A stretch of DNA of 64,000 nucleotides, taken from NCBI RefSeq assembly GCF_009914755.1, contig NC_060929.1; one strand, 5' to 3'. The first letter of the stretch is position 1. Every line of letters starts with the position of its first letter. Positions 1 through 18,254 of this stretch are shown here, one piece after another. The position numbers and the translations under genes were made by a program. The DNA is from the human T2T-CHM13v2.0 reference genome, Homo sapiens. The notes below the pieces were generated by a model. The model saw only the letters and a list, made by a program, of their open reading frames with translations, had not been told where the DNA came from and did no database searches.

Positions 1-1689
1 TAAGAGGAAGAAGTGGACTTAAAGTAGAGATCTGTAAACCAAATCTGAATAGAAAGAGTCACAGAGAGACACATTAATTTAAGGACTGAAGAGTGATGGT
101 TAGTAATTGTAATGAGAGCAGTATCTGAGATGGATTGGGTCAAAGGTTCAATGATGTGGGCTTAAGAGAGAAGGCAGAATAAGAAAGTAAAAAGTAAGCA
201 TGATTAACTTTTTTTGTTTGTTTGTTTTGTTTCAAAGACTGATTGGGAGGGAAGGCTTTGACACAGTATGTTGAGGGAGTAGATAAAGTTTTGTTTTCTT
301 AGATTAGAAAAAAAGCATTTTGTATGCTTCAAGAAAATAATTAATGTAGAACAATGGATGGAAATACAGAAGAAAGTAGAGCAAGTTCCTGTTTTTTTTG
401 GAGTGAGACTAAACAGAACATTACAATAATAATAAACAGCCCATACTATTATTTCCTTCATTCAGAAGATAAAACTGAAGCTAAATGTAAAATATTTATA
501 TTGACATAACATACTAACAAATAGCACTAGCTCTGTTTGATTCCAAAGTCCATTCATTTTTTTCCCTCTATGTCATTCTACAAATGTATATTCTGTACCT
601 CAGTTAAAACCAGTAACCTCTACATAATAATAAGTAAAATAATTTTGAGGATGCAACCACTGCAAGGATTTCTAGGAAATCATGAATGACCACTATTATT
701 CTCCATCAAAGGGTAAACACTTTTCTCCATACTCCCTAATGTGAAAGTTTTCAATGTAATAGCTAAATGCTAATGAAAATGCAGTAATGTTAATGCACAC
801 GGGCAAACACTAAGAATAAACTAGTGAATAGATTTAACTGTTTGTAAGCAAACAATTTACTATATGCTGATAATCATTTAGGATTGTGCAAAAGTACATT
901 TATTTAGGAAATTTCCATCTCTATTCATATATTTGCAACTGTCCTTTGCTCATTTGAGTCTTGTAATTTTAAGGTACTAAGATGCAAAACATTTTTTGTT
1001 TTGTAAAAACAAAATAAAGCTCAATGCATTATTTAGGAAATATTCAACAAACAGAAATATCGGGACCTAGCATAGACAATATGGTGCCTATAAATATTAT
1101 TAAAACATTATCTTTCTCATTCTGGGCCTTGTGTTCTTGTGGGTTTGTTATAATTATATTATGAAGTTGTTTTGATGTTCAAAGAGCTCGAGAGATTAAG
1201 GTCGACTGGAGTAAAAATACATATACTTATGAGGGCAAGGCAGATAATATGGAAAAATTAATTTGACTCAAGAAGCAATATGAAATGGTTCAGAAAAATA
1301 TTAAAATGATCAATCATATTACTTACTGAATATGCCTTAGTATTACTGCTGTCAATTGATTGATGCAGTATGATAACTAAGAACTTCTGTTGCCCAGTGC
1401 TTGATATTTCAGGTTTAGTGTGGCATCTAGGTTTTTATGTAAAATTTCTGAATTATTAAATCTTGACAAAAAATTCAAACTAAAAAAAATACATATTTTA
1501 TATTTGCTAGAAATACATTGCTACTATTTCTTGGCTTATCCATGTGTGTTATCAGTTGTCTATCATTAAAGCTATCAGTAAATAGATGACTACTATGACA
1601 CTCACCCAAACATGGATATAGCAATAACATCAAACCTATACCAGGATGTTACATTAAAATAGACCAAGTTAAGATTCTGAGAAATCAGT

Positions 1690-2062
1690 CATTACAGGTT
1701 AAAGTGTATCCTTTAAAAAGATATGTTGAAGTCTTAACCCCCAGTACTTACAGGTAAATACGATTTTTGGAGATGTAAATAAGTTAAGATGATTTCTTTA
1801 GAGTAGGCTCTAGTCCATCATGAGTGGTGTCGGAAGAGAAGAGGGATACAGGTGGAGAAACGGAGACAAAACATTATGCAACAATGAAAGAAGAAAGTTT
1901 CAGAAATGTCTCTAACAAGCCAAGGAATGGCAAGGATTGCTAGCAAAGTAGGCAATATCAGAAGCAAAGAGAAAGGTACATATTAGAATGTTCCCTATTG
2001 TCTTTAGAGAGAGCATGGCCTTGCTGACACTTTAAATTTGAACTTCTAGCCTCCAGAGCTAG
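1690..2062 (+). mobile_element. MaLR LTR fragment (MLT1B/C-like)
   Basis: AAAAGATATGTTGAAGTCTTAACCCCCAGTAC, CAAGCCAAGGAATG and GAACTTCTAGCCTCCAGA match recalled MLT1 consensus; boundaries approximate. Confidence 0.65.
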
Positions 2063-2064
2063 AA

Positions 2065-2490
2065 AAATCAACCAATGTAATATTTATGAACAGAAGAATG
2101 AATTCACACACTGTGGCATGTTTATATTATATAATACTACTTAGCAAGTATAAAGTACACGCAGCATGGCTGAATCTCAAAATAATTATACTGAGTGAAA
2201 TAAGTCAGAAGATCCCTTCCAGAAAAAAAACCTACAAGGGTACAATTTATATAAAATTTTCAGAAGTCAATAGAATGCATAGTGAGAGAAATCTGACCAG
2301 TGTTTTCCTGGATCAGAAAGAAGGAATACATATACATTTTCTGAGATGAGAGATATATTCCTTATCTTGATTTTTGCAATGGCCTTCATAGATGAGTACA
2401 TATGTCAATAATTATCAAGTTATAAACTTTATGTGTAGCTTATATACATCAGTGATATTTCAATAAACCTGTTCTTAAAAAACAAAAAAA
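2065..2490 (+). mobile_element. Old L1M 3' end fragment
   Basis: GCATGGCTGAATCTCAAAATAATTATACTGAGTGAAATAAGTCAGA ... TTTCAATAAA plus A-rich end resemble L1MC/ME 3' UTRs. Confidence 0.5.
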
Positions 2491-2993
2491 GTGTATATTT
2501 GCCGTATCAAAACTAGGAAGATAAGAATATATATATTTTGATACATGTAAAACCAATTAAATGAATTCCACTGTCTTACAAGAAAGCCATTCTAGAAAAC
2601 ATTGGCTTTTGGCGTATTATCATACTTTGAGAACATCTTTTTTATACTTTATAGAAAAAATATTTGGATATAATCAATGTAAATTATTTCAAATGATGGG
2701 TGAAAATTTAATATACTACTTTGCATTGTGATGGCCTGAGAGAACTGTAAAAAATGCAATAGCATTCCAAAACCTCTGACCATGAATCATTTTGCCTTGA
2801 CATGCTTGTTACCCTTTCCACAAAGACCATATCAAGGCCCTTAAATGTTACCATATCTAAGAAAACTAGATTTGCCAATAAGTAGTAGACAAGAGGGATC
2901 CTGAAGAAAAGAAAAGCTAAAGATTTTTTTTTTATTATTTTCACCACATTTCTGAGGAGAAATGATATTGGGACCTGAGATTATATATCCACT

Positions 2994-3364
2994 TGATATG
3001 ATTCGGCTTTGTGTCTCTGCCCAAATCTCATGGCAAATTGGAGGAGGTGCCTAATGGGAGGTGATTGGATCATGAGGGTGGATCTCCCCCATGTTGTTCT
3101 TGTGATAGTGAGTGAGTTCTCATGAGATCTGATGCCTTAAAAGCGTGTGGCACTTCCCCCATCATGCTCTCTCTCTCTCCTGCCACCATATGAAGAAGGT
3201 CATTGCTTCCCCTTCATCTTCTACCATGACTGTAAGTTTTCTGAGGCCTCCTTATCATGCTTCCTGTTAAGCCTGCTCAACTGTGAGTCAGGTAAACCTC
3301 TTTTCTTCTTAAATTACCTAATCTCAGGTACTTCTTTATAGCAATGTGAAAACTGACTAATACG
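2994..3364 (+). mobile_element. Solo MaLR LTR (MSTA-like)
   Basis: TGATATG...CTAATAC termini, GGGAGGTGATTGGATCATG, GTTCTCATGAGATCTGATG; 5-bp TSD CCACT at 2989-2993 and 3365-3369. Confidence 0.85.
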
Positions 3365-6300
3365 CCACTTAACAGTTGTATCACACAAGCAATGCTTTAT
3401 GGCATTTTCCATGAATAATAATCAATTATTTTTTGTGTTCTGAGTACATTAAGAATCATTAAGGGGGAGGTGGAGCAAGGTGGCCAAATAGAAGCCTTCA
3501 CTGATTAACCTCCCTGGAGGAATAGCAAATTGAATAGCTTTCCACACAAAAAATCACCTTAATAAGAATCAAACTTCAGGTGAGTGATCAAAGTACCTGG
3601 TTTTAACTTCTTATCACTGAAACAGGCTCTGAATGGGATAGGAAAGACAGTCTTGAATTGCTCCTATCTTCTGGCAGTGGCTGCATGGTGTAGAGAGAGA
3701 ATATTTGCTTTTGGGGGAGGGAGAGTGCAGTGATTTGGGGACTTTGCATCAGAACTCATGGTTGCTCTATCACAGTGAGTGGCAACACTGGGCAGAATTC
3801 TGCTGGGTCCCATGGAGGGAGCATTTAGACCAGCCCTAGCCAGAGGGAAATTACCCACCCCAGCAGACATAATGTGACTTCCAGCAAGCCTCACTACCAT
3901 GCGATAAATTGCTCTGAGGTTCTAAATAATCTTGAAAGGTAGTCTAGGCCAAAAGAACTGCAATTCATGGGGCAAATCCTGCTGCTTTGCTGGGCTTGGA
4001 GCCAGTGAACATGGGGGACAAGTGACCTAGTGAGACACCAGCTGGGGTGACCAAGTGAGTACTTGTGCCACTCCTCTGCTAATCCCAGGGAGCGCAGCTC
4101 ACAGCTCCAGGAGAGACTCCTCCCTTCAACTGAGGAGAGGAGAGGGAAGAGTAAAAATAACTTTGTCTTGCAACTTTGATACCAGCTCAGCCATAGTTGG
4201 ATAGGGAACTGGGCAGAGTCCTGAGGCCCCCATTCCAGGCTCTCACTCCTTGATGTTATTTCTAGACCCACAATGGGCCAGAAGGGAACCCACTGTCTTG
4301 AAGGCAAAGAACAAATTCTGGCAGGATTCATCCCCAGCTGAATAAAGAACCCTTGAGCCCTGAATAGTCAGAATCAACAGCCAAGAATTACTCATTGTGG
4401 GCCTTGGATGAGACTCAGGTGTGACTCAGCACATTCCTAGCAGTGGTGGCTACAGGATAAACTTGAGAAAAGGAGAGGAAAGAGTAAAGGGAACTTTGTC
4501 CTGCAGCTTAGGTATCAGCTTGACCACAAGGTATAGAGCACTAAGCAGGCTGTTAGGGTCCTGGATTCTAGGCCTTGGCTCTTGGACAGCATTTCTGCAC
4601 TGGCACTAGGCCAGAGGGGAGCCCATTGCCCTGAACGGAGAGTCCCAGGCCTGGGAGTATTCACCAGAAGCTGACTGAAGAGCTCTTGGGCCTTCAGTAA
4701 GCATGACCAGTAGCCAGGCAGTACTGGCCACAGGCCTGTGGTGGTAGTGACTGTGGGGAGAAACTCCTCTGCTTGTGGAAAGGGGAGGAAGGAGTAGGAA
4801 GGACTTTGTCTTGTGGCATGCATGCCAGCTCAGCTGCAGTAGAATAGAGCACCAGGTACATTCCTAAGGTTTCCAACGTCAGGCCCTGGCTTCAGGACGA
4901 CATCTCTGGACCAGAACTCACTGCCCTAAAGAGAAGGACAAAAGCGAGGCTGTCTTTGCCACCTGCTGTTTTTAGAGCCCTAGGTCCTTGAGTGAACACA
5001 GGCGGTAGCCAGGAGGTGGTTACTGCAGGCCTTCGGTGAGAACCAGAACTGTGCTGTCTTCAAGATTCATCCAGTGCAGTCCCAGTGGTGATGGCCATGG
5101 GGTTGTTTGTGTCAACCCTCCCCCAACTCAAGGCAACTCAGCACAGAGAGAGAGACTCTGCTTGTTTTGGAAAAAGGAAGGAAAGGAAAAAGAGTCTCCA
5201 ACCAGTAATCCAGAGAATTCCTCAAGATATTTTCTAAAACCACCCAGGCAGCACCTCTATGGAATCTTCAAGAGCCACACCATTACTGGGCTTTGGGTGC
5301 CTCCAGTGCAGATTGGCTGAAGTGACCAGAAACTTAGATTACAACACCCAAGTCCCTTTGAATACCTGGAAAGCCTTTCTAAGAAGAATGAGTACAGCAA
5401 GCCCAGAATATGAAGACTATAATAAATACCTAAGTTTTCACTGCACAGAAGCTGACAAACATCCACAAGCACTAAGACCACCCAGGAAAACATGACCTCA
5501 CTAATAAATAAGGCACAAGGGACCGATCCTGAAGAGAGAGAGTTATGTGACCTTTCAGACAGAGAATTCAAAATAGCCATTTTGAGGAAACTCAATGAAA
5601 TTCAAGATAACACAGAGAAAGAATTCAGAATTGTATGAGATAAATTTAACAAAGAGATTTAAATGATTAAAAAAGTCAAGCAGAAATTCTGGAGTTGAAA
5701 ATGCAGTTGACATACTGAAGAATGTGTCAGTCTCTTAGCAGCAGAACTGATCATGCAGAAGAAAGAATAAGTGAGCTTGAAGACAGGTTATTTGAAACTA
5801 CACAGTCGGAGGAGAAAAATGCAAAAAGAATAACAATAATGAAGCCTACCTGCCACATCTAGAAAATAGCCTAAAAAAGGAAAATCTAATAGTTATTGGC
5901 CTTAAAGTAGATAGATAATGAGAGCCTGGGTAGAAAGTTTATTCAAAGGTCTAATAACTTCTCAAATCAAGAAAAATATACAACATTTAAGTACAAGAAA
6001 GTTATAGAACACCAAGCAGATGTAACAGAAATAAACTATGTCAAGATATTTAGTAATCAAACTCCCAAAGAGCATGGATAAAGAAAGGATCCTAAAAGCA
6101 GCAAGAGAAAAGAAACAAATAACATAGGATGGATCTCCAACACACTTAGCAGCAGACCGTTTGGTGCAAATCTTACAGGGCAGAAGAGAATGGCATGACA
6201 GATTTAAAGCGCTGAAGGAAAAAAAAAATCCCAGAATAGGATATGCAGCAAAAATATCCTTCAAACATAAAAAATAAATACAATCTTTCCCAGACAAAAA

Positions 6301-7257
6301 AAAGCTGAGAAATTTCTACAATATAAGACCTATCCTACAAAAAATGCTAAAGGGAGTTCTTCAGTCTGAAAGAAAAAAAGATGTTAATGAGCAATAAAAT
6401 ATAATTGAAGGTTAACTTGTGATAGCAAGTACATAGAGGAACATCGAATATGATAATATTGTAATTGTGGTGTGTAAACTATTTATAACTTCAGTATAAA
6501 AAATAAAAGATGACCTGATTAAAAATAATAACTACAATACAAAGAACGAACAGTTAAAAAGTAGGGTGATAAAGTAACAAGTACAGAGTTTTTATTTATT
6601 TTCTTTTTGCCTATTTGACAGTCTGATTGCTTATGCAATCAGTTAAGTTGTATTATTTTAAAATAGTGGGTTATAAGATATTGTTTGAAAGCCTCTTGGT
6701 AACCTCAAATCAGAAACCTACAACAGAGACACAAAAAATAACATGTAAGAAATTAAAATACATGACCAGAGAAACTAAAAAATGAAAAGATATTTCATGT
6801 ACCTAGATTGGAAGCCAAGAAAAGAGGAAAAAAAGAAGACCACAAAACAACCAGAAAACAAATAACAAAATAGCAGGAGTAAGTCCTTCCTTATCAATAA
6901 TTACATTGAATGTAAATGGGCTAAACTATCCAATCAAAAGATACAGAGTGGCAGAATGGATAAGAAATGAGACTCAAAGATCTGTTACCTACAAAAAAAC
7001 CACACATTACAAAGACACACATAGACTGAAAATAAAGCAATTAAAAAAGAAATTCCATGCAAATAGAAATAAAAAAGAGCATAAGTAGCTATATTTATAT
7101 AAGACAAAATAGACTTAAAGACAAAAACTATAAAAAGAGAAAATGAAGCATATTATGTAATGATCAGAAAGTCAATTCAGCAACATGATGTAATAATTAT
7201 AAATATACACTCACCCCACACTGGAGTACACAGATATATAAAGCAAATACTATAAGA

Positions 7258-7602
<345 letters not shown>

Positions 7603-7989
7603 TTAAATTCAATAACAGCTGCAGAGTTCAATCCTTCACTTTCAGGATTGGACAGATCATCCAGACAGAAAATCATCAAAGAAACATAGATTTAGTCTGC
7701 ACTATAGACTAAGTGGACCTAATATATCTTTTTACAGAGCATTTAATCCAACCACTTCAGAATACACATTGTTCTCCTCAGCATACAGATAACTCTCAAG
7801 TATAGTCCACGTTAGCACACAAAACAAGTCTTAAAAAATTCAAAAACATTGAAATTACATCAAAGTTATTATCTGACTAAAATGGAATCAAACTAGAAAT
7901 AAAAAGCAAAAGGAATTTTGGAAACTACTCATACCTCAAACAATTTACAGATTCAATGCAATCTCTATCAAAATATGTATGACATTTCT

Positions 7990-10639
<2,650 letters not shown>

Positions 10640-13192
10640 TTATATGAAACACAAAAGACCAAAATAGCCAAACTTATTCTGAGCAAAAAGAATAAAATAA
10701 ACTGACTTCAAATTATACCACAAAGCCATAGTAACAAAAAGAACATGATACTGGCATAAAAACAGACACACAGACCAATGCATCAAAATAGAGAGACCAA
10801 AAACAAATCCGTACATCTACAGTGAACTTATTTTCAACAAATATGCCCAGAACATACACTGGGTAAGGGACAATCTCTTCAATAGATAGTGCCAGGAATA
10901 CTAAACATCCATATGCAGAAAAGTCAAACTAGACCCCTGCTTCTTGTCTTATCAAAATAAATTAAATACTTACACTAAGACCTGAAACTATAAAATTACT
11001 AGAAAAAAATAACTTTTGTAAACTCTCCAGGACATGGGACTGGGTAGATTTATTGAGTAACACTTCACAAGCCTAGGCAACCAAAGCAAAAATGGGCAAA
11101 TGGGATCACATCAAGTTAAAAAGTTTATGCACAGCAAAGAAAACAACAAGTGGAGGGAATCCACAGAATGGGGGAAAATATTTGCAAAATATCCATCTGA
11201 CAAGTGGCTAATTACCAGAGTATATAAGGAGTGTGAACAAATCTATAGGAAAAACATCTTAGAATCTGATTAATCAATGGGCAAAAAATCTGAATAGACA
11301 CATCTCAAAAGAAGACATACAAATGGAAAACGGGTATATGAAAAGATGTTCATGATCACGGATCATCAGAGAAATGGAAAAAAAAACTGCAATTAAATAT
11401 CATTTGACCCTGTTTAAATGGCTTTTATCCAAAAGACAGGCAATAATAAATGCTGGTTAAGTACGTAGAGAAAAGGGAACCCTTGTACACGGTTGGTGGG
11501 AAAGTAAATTGTCACAACCACTATGGAAAACAGTTTGGAATTTCCTCAAACAACTGAAAATAGAGCTACCATATGATCCAGCAAATCCACTACTAGGTAT
11601 ATACCCAAAATAAAGGAAATTAGTATGGCAAAGATATATCAGCACTCCCATGTTTACTGCAGTAGAATTCACAATTTCCAAGATTTGGAAGCAAATTAAA
11701 TTTCCATTGACATAAATCAAGAAAATGTGGTACATATACACAGTGGGGCACTATTTAGCCATAAAAGGAATGAGATCCTATCATTGACAATAGCATGGAT
11801 GGAACTAGAGATCACTATGTTAAGTAAAATAAGCCAAGCACAGAAAGACAGACCTCACATGTTTTCACTCACTTTGGGAACTAAATAAATATTAAAACAA
11901 TTGAACTCCTGGAGATGGAGAGTAGAATGATAGTTACCAGGGGCTGGGGATGGTAGCGGGGAGTGGGCCAGGGAGAAGAGGAGATGGTTAATGAGTACAA
12001 AAATATAGTTAGAGAGAATGAATTAGATCCAGTATTTGATAACACAACAGGGTGACTACAGTTGTACATTTTTAAACAACTAAAAGGATATAATTGGATT
12101 GTTTGTCACATAAAGAAAGGATACAAACTTGAGGTAATAGGTATCACATTTAACCTGATGTGGTGCATGCCTGCATCAAAATATCTCATGTAACCCATAA
12201 ATATACGCACTTACTATGTACTCATAAAAATAAAAATTATAAAAATGTTTTAAAAGTCATTAAAATTTTAATTTGGGCTTATACAGTTTTTCTAACAAAC
12301 AGAAAACATGCTGATTAATCTACATGCCTACCATAATCCACTTGTGAGTTATTTTTTCCCACCGTTATTGGAACGATTGACATTTGACTTAAGCATTATT
12401 CTTCTTGTGAGTTTATGTCAGTCAATTCACTAAAATCAATAAACTTCTGCAGAAAAAACTGCATTTAATCCTGCACCTAAAACACTTAGTACGACACCAT
12501 GAACAAGCTTGACCTCATCCACTAACCAATTTCTCTGAGATCCTGCTAATTTAGCAAGGGAATTCTTTTTTTAAAACTAATATTTTAAACCATCACTTTA
12601 TGGATTCAATCATCAGAGACAAATTATTATAGAATATTTTATAGAGCAAATATAAGTATTAGAAATCAAGTTGTGTTTGGGACCAATGTATTTAGGATCT
12701 GTTTCATAGCCATAGTGTAGAAGGTTAATTCTCATGGATAGCACATGGTTAATGTTGTACTATAATTCAATTTAATGGGTTACTTGAAAAACTCTTACAT
12801 AGAAATTAAGAATAAGAATTGATATATTTTATTTTATGTTTAAGTCAATACATCATAGAAATTATTCTATGGTTATACATTTTGCCTAAACCGTTATATC
12901 ATACCCATCCCCTCTCATAAATAAAGAGTATATTGGGGGCTTATTTGCATTTCTGGTGGTAGTTGCTGCATGCACAAATCAAATACAGTTTACAGATTCC
13001 ACCATAATTAATGTGAAGTAATCAATGATAACTTAGAAAATTGCAATTATACTCTTTTTCAAAGAGAATCAGATTTTCTGGTTATAACAGATAAAATTTA
13101 TTGTCTTCCAATTTTCCAACTGTATCAGCACACTCAATGGTCATGAATACCCACTGTTCTCAAGGATTTTGTTTTTTTGGTCCCTGAGATAG

Positions 13193-13304
13193 GGCCATAT
13201 AATCTGAGGCATGTAATATGGCCATATAATATAATATAATATAATATAATATAATATAATCATAATATAATATAATAATAAGGCCATATAATATGAGGCA
13301 TGTT
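13193..13304. repeat. (ATAAT)n microsatellite bracketed by 22-bp direct repeats
   Basis: GGCCATATAATCTGAGGCATGT at 13193 and GGCCATATAATATGAGGCATGT at 13283, with ATAAT units between. Confidence 0.9.
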
Positions 13305-16300
13305 CTTGACCATCCATTGCTTGGAGGAATAAAATATTATAACTTACATTTCAAGTTATTTGATTTTCATTTTATTTTCTCTTCCGTGTATAAATAAAGT
13401 GTATTTATAAAGAAGAACACTGATAATTTCTAAATGAACAGGTATGCATATATGAGTGATGAATACTCAATTTGCCCCCTTTTGTGGAGGCCAGTTGCTT
13501 GTAAATCACATGTAACATAATCAATTGAAATGCAAGAAGAAAATGAAATAATTGATATGCCTTTTAACTTAATAATAGAAAAATCATTTAAATTTAGTAA
13601 TAGTCAAATCATAGAACAATATCACTTCTCTCAATAAATATGCATGTTGAATTGCCATGTATCAGATATAATATTTGCTATTTGAGTGCCCTAAGTAAAA
13701 GTGGGAGTTTTTGTTCTACTTTTCTGTATGTAGGTTAAATTTATTTTTAAAAAATTAAAGACCTGTTCTGCATATCTTTAGTTAGTTTCTGTGATACTAT
13801 CAGTGTTTTACTGTCAGCAACATATTTTCTTTTAAACAAAACAAAGGCTCATTTTTTTTAAGGAAAAGCTCAACAAGTGTGAAAAATATTTGCTTTGGAT
13901 AAAAGTTTATGCTACGGAGAGAACAAATAGATAATGGATAATTCTCATTATTATTATTAGAATACCTTGCCCAAATAAATTCAGCAAGATAATATTTTAA
14001 ATAGGATTTCAATGGATTTTTAATATATTCCTTTCTAAAATTAAGAATGAAACTTTTAATGAAATTAAAAATGAAAACCTTAACTTTAATGGAGACATTT
14101 AAGATTAACATTTAGTTAGGTGATTTGTTACACATAGCAGTAGTATTTTTAAATAAGATATACATATGATTAGCTGCTACTTATAATAATAGCTAAATAA
14201 TAACCACTTATATGTTTGCTGTACTGAAAATACTGATTTCTATTGTGATAAAAAGTACAATGATAGTAGTAATTTAAATTACCATCATGCATATATTTTA
14301 ATTGCAAAAAGAACATATGATATTGAAGTGGAAATTTTTCATACATAAAATATAGACCTTGGTACTTGGAGCTATTTTATTTTAGAGGAATTTATACTTA
14401 TTTTCTTGGGGATTCCAGGTTGAAAAAATACTCAGTAATGGTGTTTATTAAACTTTTGCTCATGTGCCCTATGCTAACAAAATGTTCTAGATCTACTGCA
14501 TTTTCATCTGAGCATCAGTCACTGCCCTGGGATTCCAGAGAGAGAAGTGACTCAGCAAACTTATGAAGTATTTCTTTATTTCCTGCCTTCATCTATGGTG
14601 ACTAAGTTTATGATCCAGCTCATTGAAACTGTTAAGGGGATACTGTGTACTCCCTGAACAGATACTGCAAGAGCTTTGCACTGAGCACAGTGATTGAGTA
14701 AAATAAAAGTCATTCACCTGCATCACAAAATTTATCACAAAGTTTCAACCTGCATATTTAATTATTTCTAAATTCTATAACCTAGAAAATAGTTGTTTTG
14801 AGTACCTTTTTTTCCTCCACTTAAATTGAGTATATTCCTTTCAAACTTAAATTATCAAAATCACATCCCAATACCTCACTGCTAATTTGGACTCTTAAGT
14901 TTCTTTTTGGAAATATTGGCTTATCATTTTCGTGCATGAACTGTTATTCTATGCCTAAGTGGATTGATATCTGTATTAGACAAAGTGGTGCATTAGCAGG
15001 TATAATGTTTTACATTTGTAGAATATTTCACTAACCATTACTATGAAATAATACTTAAAGAAAGCATGTCATCTATTATATCTTAATTGGAATTGATCCA
15101 GAATCAATGGTCTAATCTGTCATCCTTAGGTCAGAATCAATCACATACTGAGTCATATACTTTAGAATGTTAGGCATAGAGTGTTTTAAATATATATTTA
15201 TTCAAATTTAAATTGAAGGATAATATTGTGCCTCCTTTTTCCATAGGTTCCTAAGATTTGATATTTCATAACTTTTCTGTTTCTATATAAGTTTCAAAGA
15301 TAATCTAAAACTTTCCTCCATCTACTAGAAATCTAAATATCTTCTCAAATTAAGCATTACACATTTATCAAATAGTAAACAAATATTAAAAGCTCACAGC
15401 CTTAGAATTTTGCTGAGGTTTAAAATGTTTGATACTAGAATTTTCAACTCTAATGATATGCTAGCAACACATACACACATACATTGAATCATGATGAGCT
15501 GATAACAATAATAGAAACAATATTCTGTAAATCCAATTGAAAACATTAGCTGGTTAGATAACTTGAATGATTTATTTTTTAGCACTATAGACCAAGAAGC
15601 ATTCATGTGAAACAATCAACGTTGTGACTTCTCGGTATCACATTTAAAATGTAATCAAATATATCATGCATCACTCATGCCATGGAATAATAGAAGAAAA
15701 ATGGCTTCATTGAAACTGACCTGAACAACATTTATTTATTTTCTCAAATTTATCCTTGTTCAAGCAGCTGAAGCCCTCGTAGCAGTTTTTGTATTTGATG
15801 TATAAAGCGTTGCATAATCAAGAAAGCATTTTACAAGGTCAGAAATGAAACACATCTGAACCTGCTGTTAACATTCAGCAAAATATACTGCAGATATTCT
15901 GGGGTCATTTTTTTTTTGTCACTGTGGACCAAATGCCATGCAACCTACATAGAAAATGAAGGCATAAATTCCTTTCTGTAAGAATCTACTTTGCAATATA
16001 AAAAGAATTAACTGTTACCAATTCAGAGGCAGAATCTCACTGCACTGCATCTTCTCAGATGACTGAAATCCTTAACTCTAATAGAAATCATTTATGACAA
16101 TTTGAGCATGTCTGGAAAAAGTGAATGTACAAGATAAAAATATGGTGAGAAAGGTTTAGTTGGAGTCAAATTACTTAATAAAATACTAGCATGTCCCTTT
16201 TAATTTCAGAGTAAGAAATGTGACCAGTGATGCAAAAAAGTGATGTATTTAGTTTCTAGTGGCTTCAAAAAATATGATATATATATATATATGCATTGAG

Positions 16301-17938
16301 CCATTACTTTTCTTCCTGATCATCAGATGTTTTATGATTTTTATTGTAAGTCTAGCAAATCTCCACTATTATTTTCTGGTACAGAAGTTGGTAATTCATG
16401 ACATCAAAATAATTTGACTGCCAGGAAAGGGATACCTAACAAATAAAGAACAAACCATCAAACCAACGAAGAGTGATAAGAAGAGGAAACATTTAATTTG
16501 ATCATAATAGATCCTTTCTTGTGATAGTCAATTCGCTTTATTCAGAGCCACAAGAAAACTGTACACTTACATGCACACACACACGTAACATGCACAGGCA
16601 GACGGCATATCCCTTTACACTTGAAATGAAATAGTACAGATTGTATTTCAGCAGAATGAAAATTTGTGAAACTTTTATATTTTTAAAATACCTACAGTTA
16701 AGATATATTTCAAAAAATAATTCTTCACATTTCTTAATCTGAACTATTTTTCTAGAAATCAACTATTTTTGGAATTTTAATTAGACTTTTAACGAATTGT
16801 GATGTTATTTTTAGCAATGTAGTAAGAATTCTTTGGATTCTTTTGTCATGGTACCTGGATCATGTCAAATTCTTTCTGAATCCTACTGAATAATCAGTGG
16901 CATTAGATTATTGTCCCAATTAATTAACCTCTTTTCTACTCATATTTACCCATTTTTGGCTAGTCTTTATTCCACACTAAAGCCATAATCAAGGATCCAA
17001 TATGGTATTAAATGTATACTAGCTCACTTCTTCTTTAAAATATATAGTAACTCATTTAATATTCAAAACATCCTTATTTCTGCTTTACAAATGAGAATTA
17101 TGAAATGACAGTTGTTAGATAATTATTAAATGTTAACTCACTCTCCCAAAGACATACAATTAGTAGTTAATCATAGAGCTAAAACCTGACCTAGAAAAGT
17201 TTAGCTATAAAAGCTTTATTCCTCATACCTACAAATATTGTCACTAAGAGTGGTATTTTCAGCAGTGACTTGTGGCCACTTTAACTATTGTAAATTTTCA
17301 TGGGTATCTGTTGTGTCTGATGGGTTATGTATTTGAAAGTGCACTACACTAGGTGACAGACTAAATATTTAGTGCCAATTTTGGGACTTTCTAACCCTAG
17401 GACCACAGTCAATATCTTTCTTAATGAATCTCAGTTTCCTCATTAATGAAATAAGTGTAAAAATATGTAAATTATAGAACTTAGTTTCTAGCTGCAACAA
17501 ATAAAATCTTAGAAGAAAATATATATTAAAATATATATTTTAATTGCTTACATTTAAATTTGTTGTAGCAGTAACAGTACGATTAAGGAAAACACTGAAG
17601 ATCAGATACACATTAAACTACAGATTTAATACATATCTGTCAATAGGGTCACCAGAGGCAAAAAACTGAAATACATTCAAAAGAACAAGGCAAAGAGAAT
17701 GTTGTAGACAGAAATATGTAGATAGCTGTGTCTGTTTTCATAACCTAATCGCCTAGTTTTGTTGTTAATATCACTACTTTGCCCACAAAAACTGTTGTAA
17801 TTAACAAATATAAATCTGGAATTTGAAAAATGGTAGAAGTAACATAATCACACAAAGGCACTTTAGATGTGCTTCCTGACTATTTCCCAAAGGCAGGGAG
17901 AAATAATACCTTCCTTCCCTGTCAAGTGCATTCTACAG

Positions 17939-18115
17939 CAGTGGTTCCCAAAGGTTATACTGCTACCATCAGAACAGAAGCATCTATGAGCTTGTTAGGA
18001 CTCTCTGAGCCCCATCTGACCTACTGAATCAGAACCTCTTGGGGTGGTCTCAATTTAAGTGTTTTAGCAAGCTCTCCAGGAAATCCTTCTATGCATTAAT
18101 GCTTGAGAATCACTG
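17939..18115. mobile_element. MER5-type hAT-Charlie MITE
   Basis: CAGTGGTTCCCAAA ... TTGAGAATCACTG terminal inverted repeats; internal GACCTACTGAATCAGAA. Confidence 0.75.
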
Positions 18116-18254
18116 CTCAACACACACAGCTAGCATCAAAACAGGCATGCTTCTTATGCAGTAGAATGAGTATGTTGCTAATGCTTATGTACCTGTGCAG
18201 CTAGAAATGTGTGTGAAGATTAGAGGTGGGGAAGATCAGAGATGGCAACATCTA

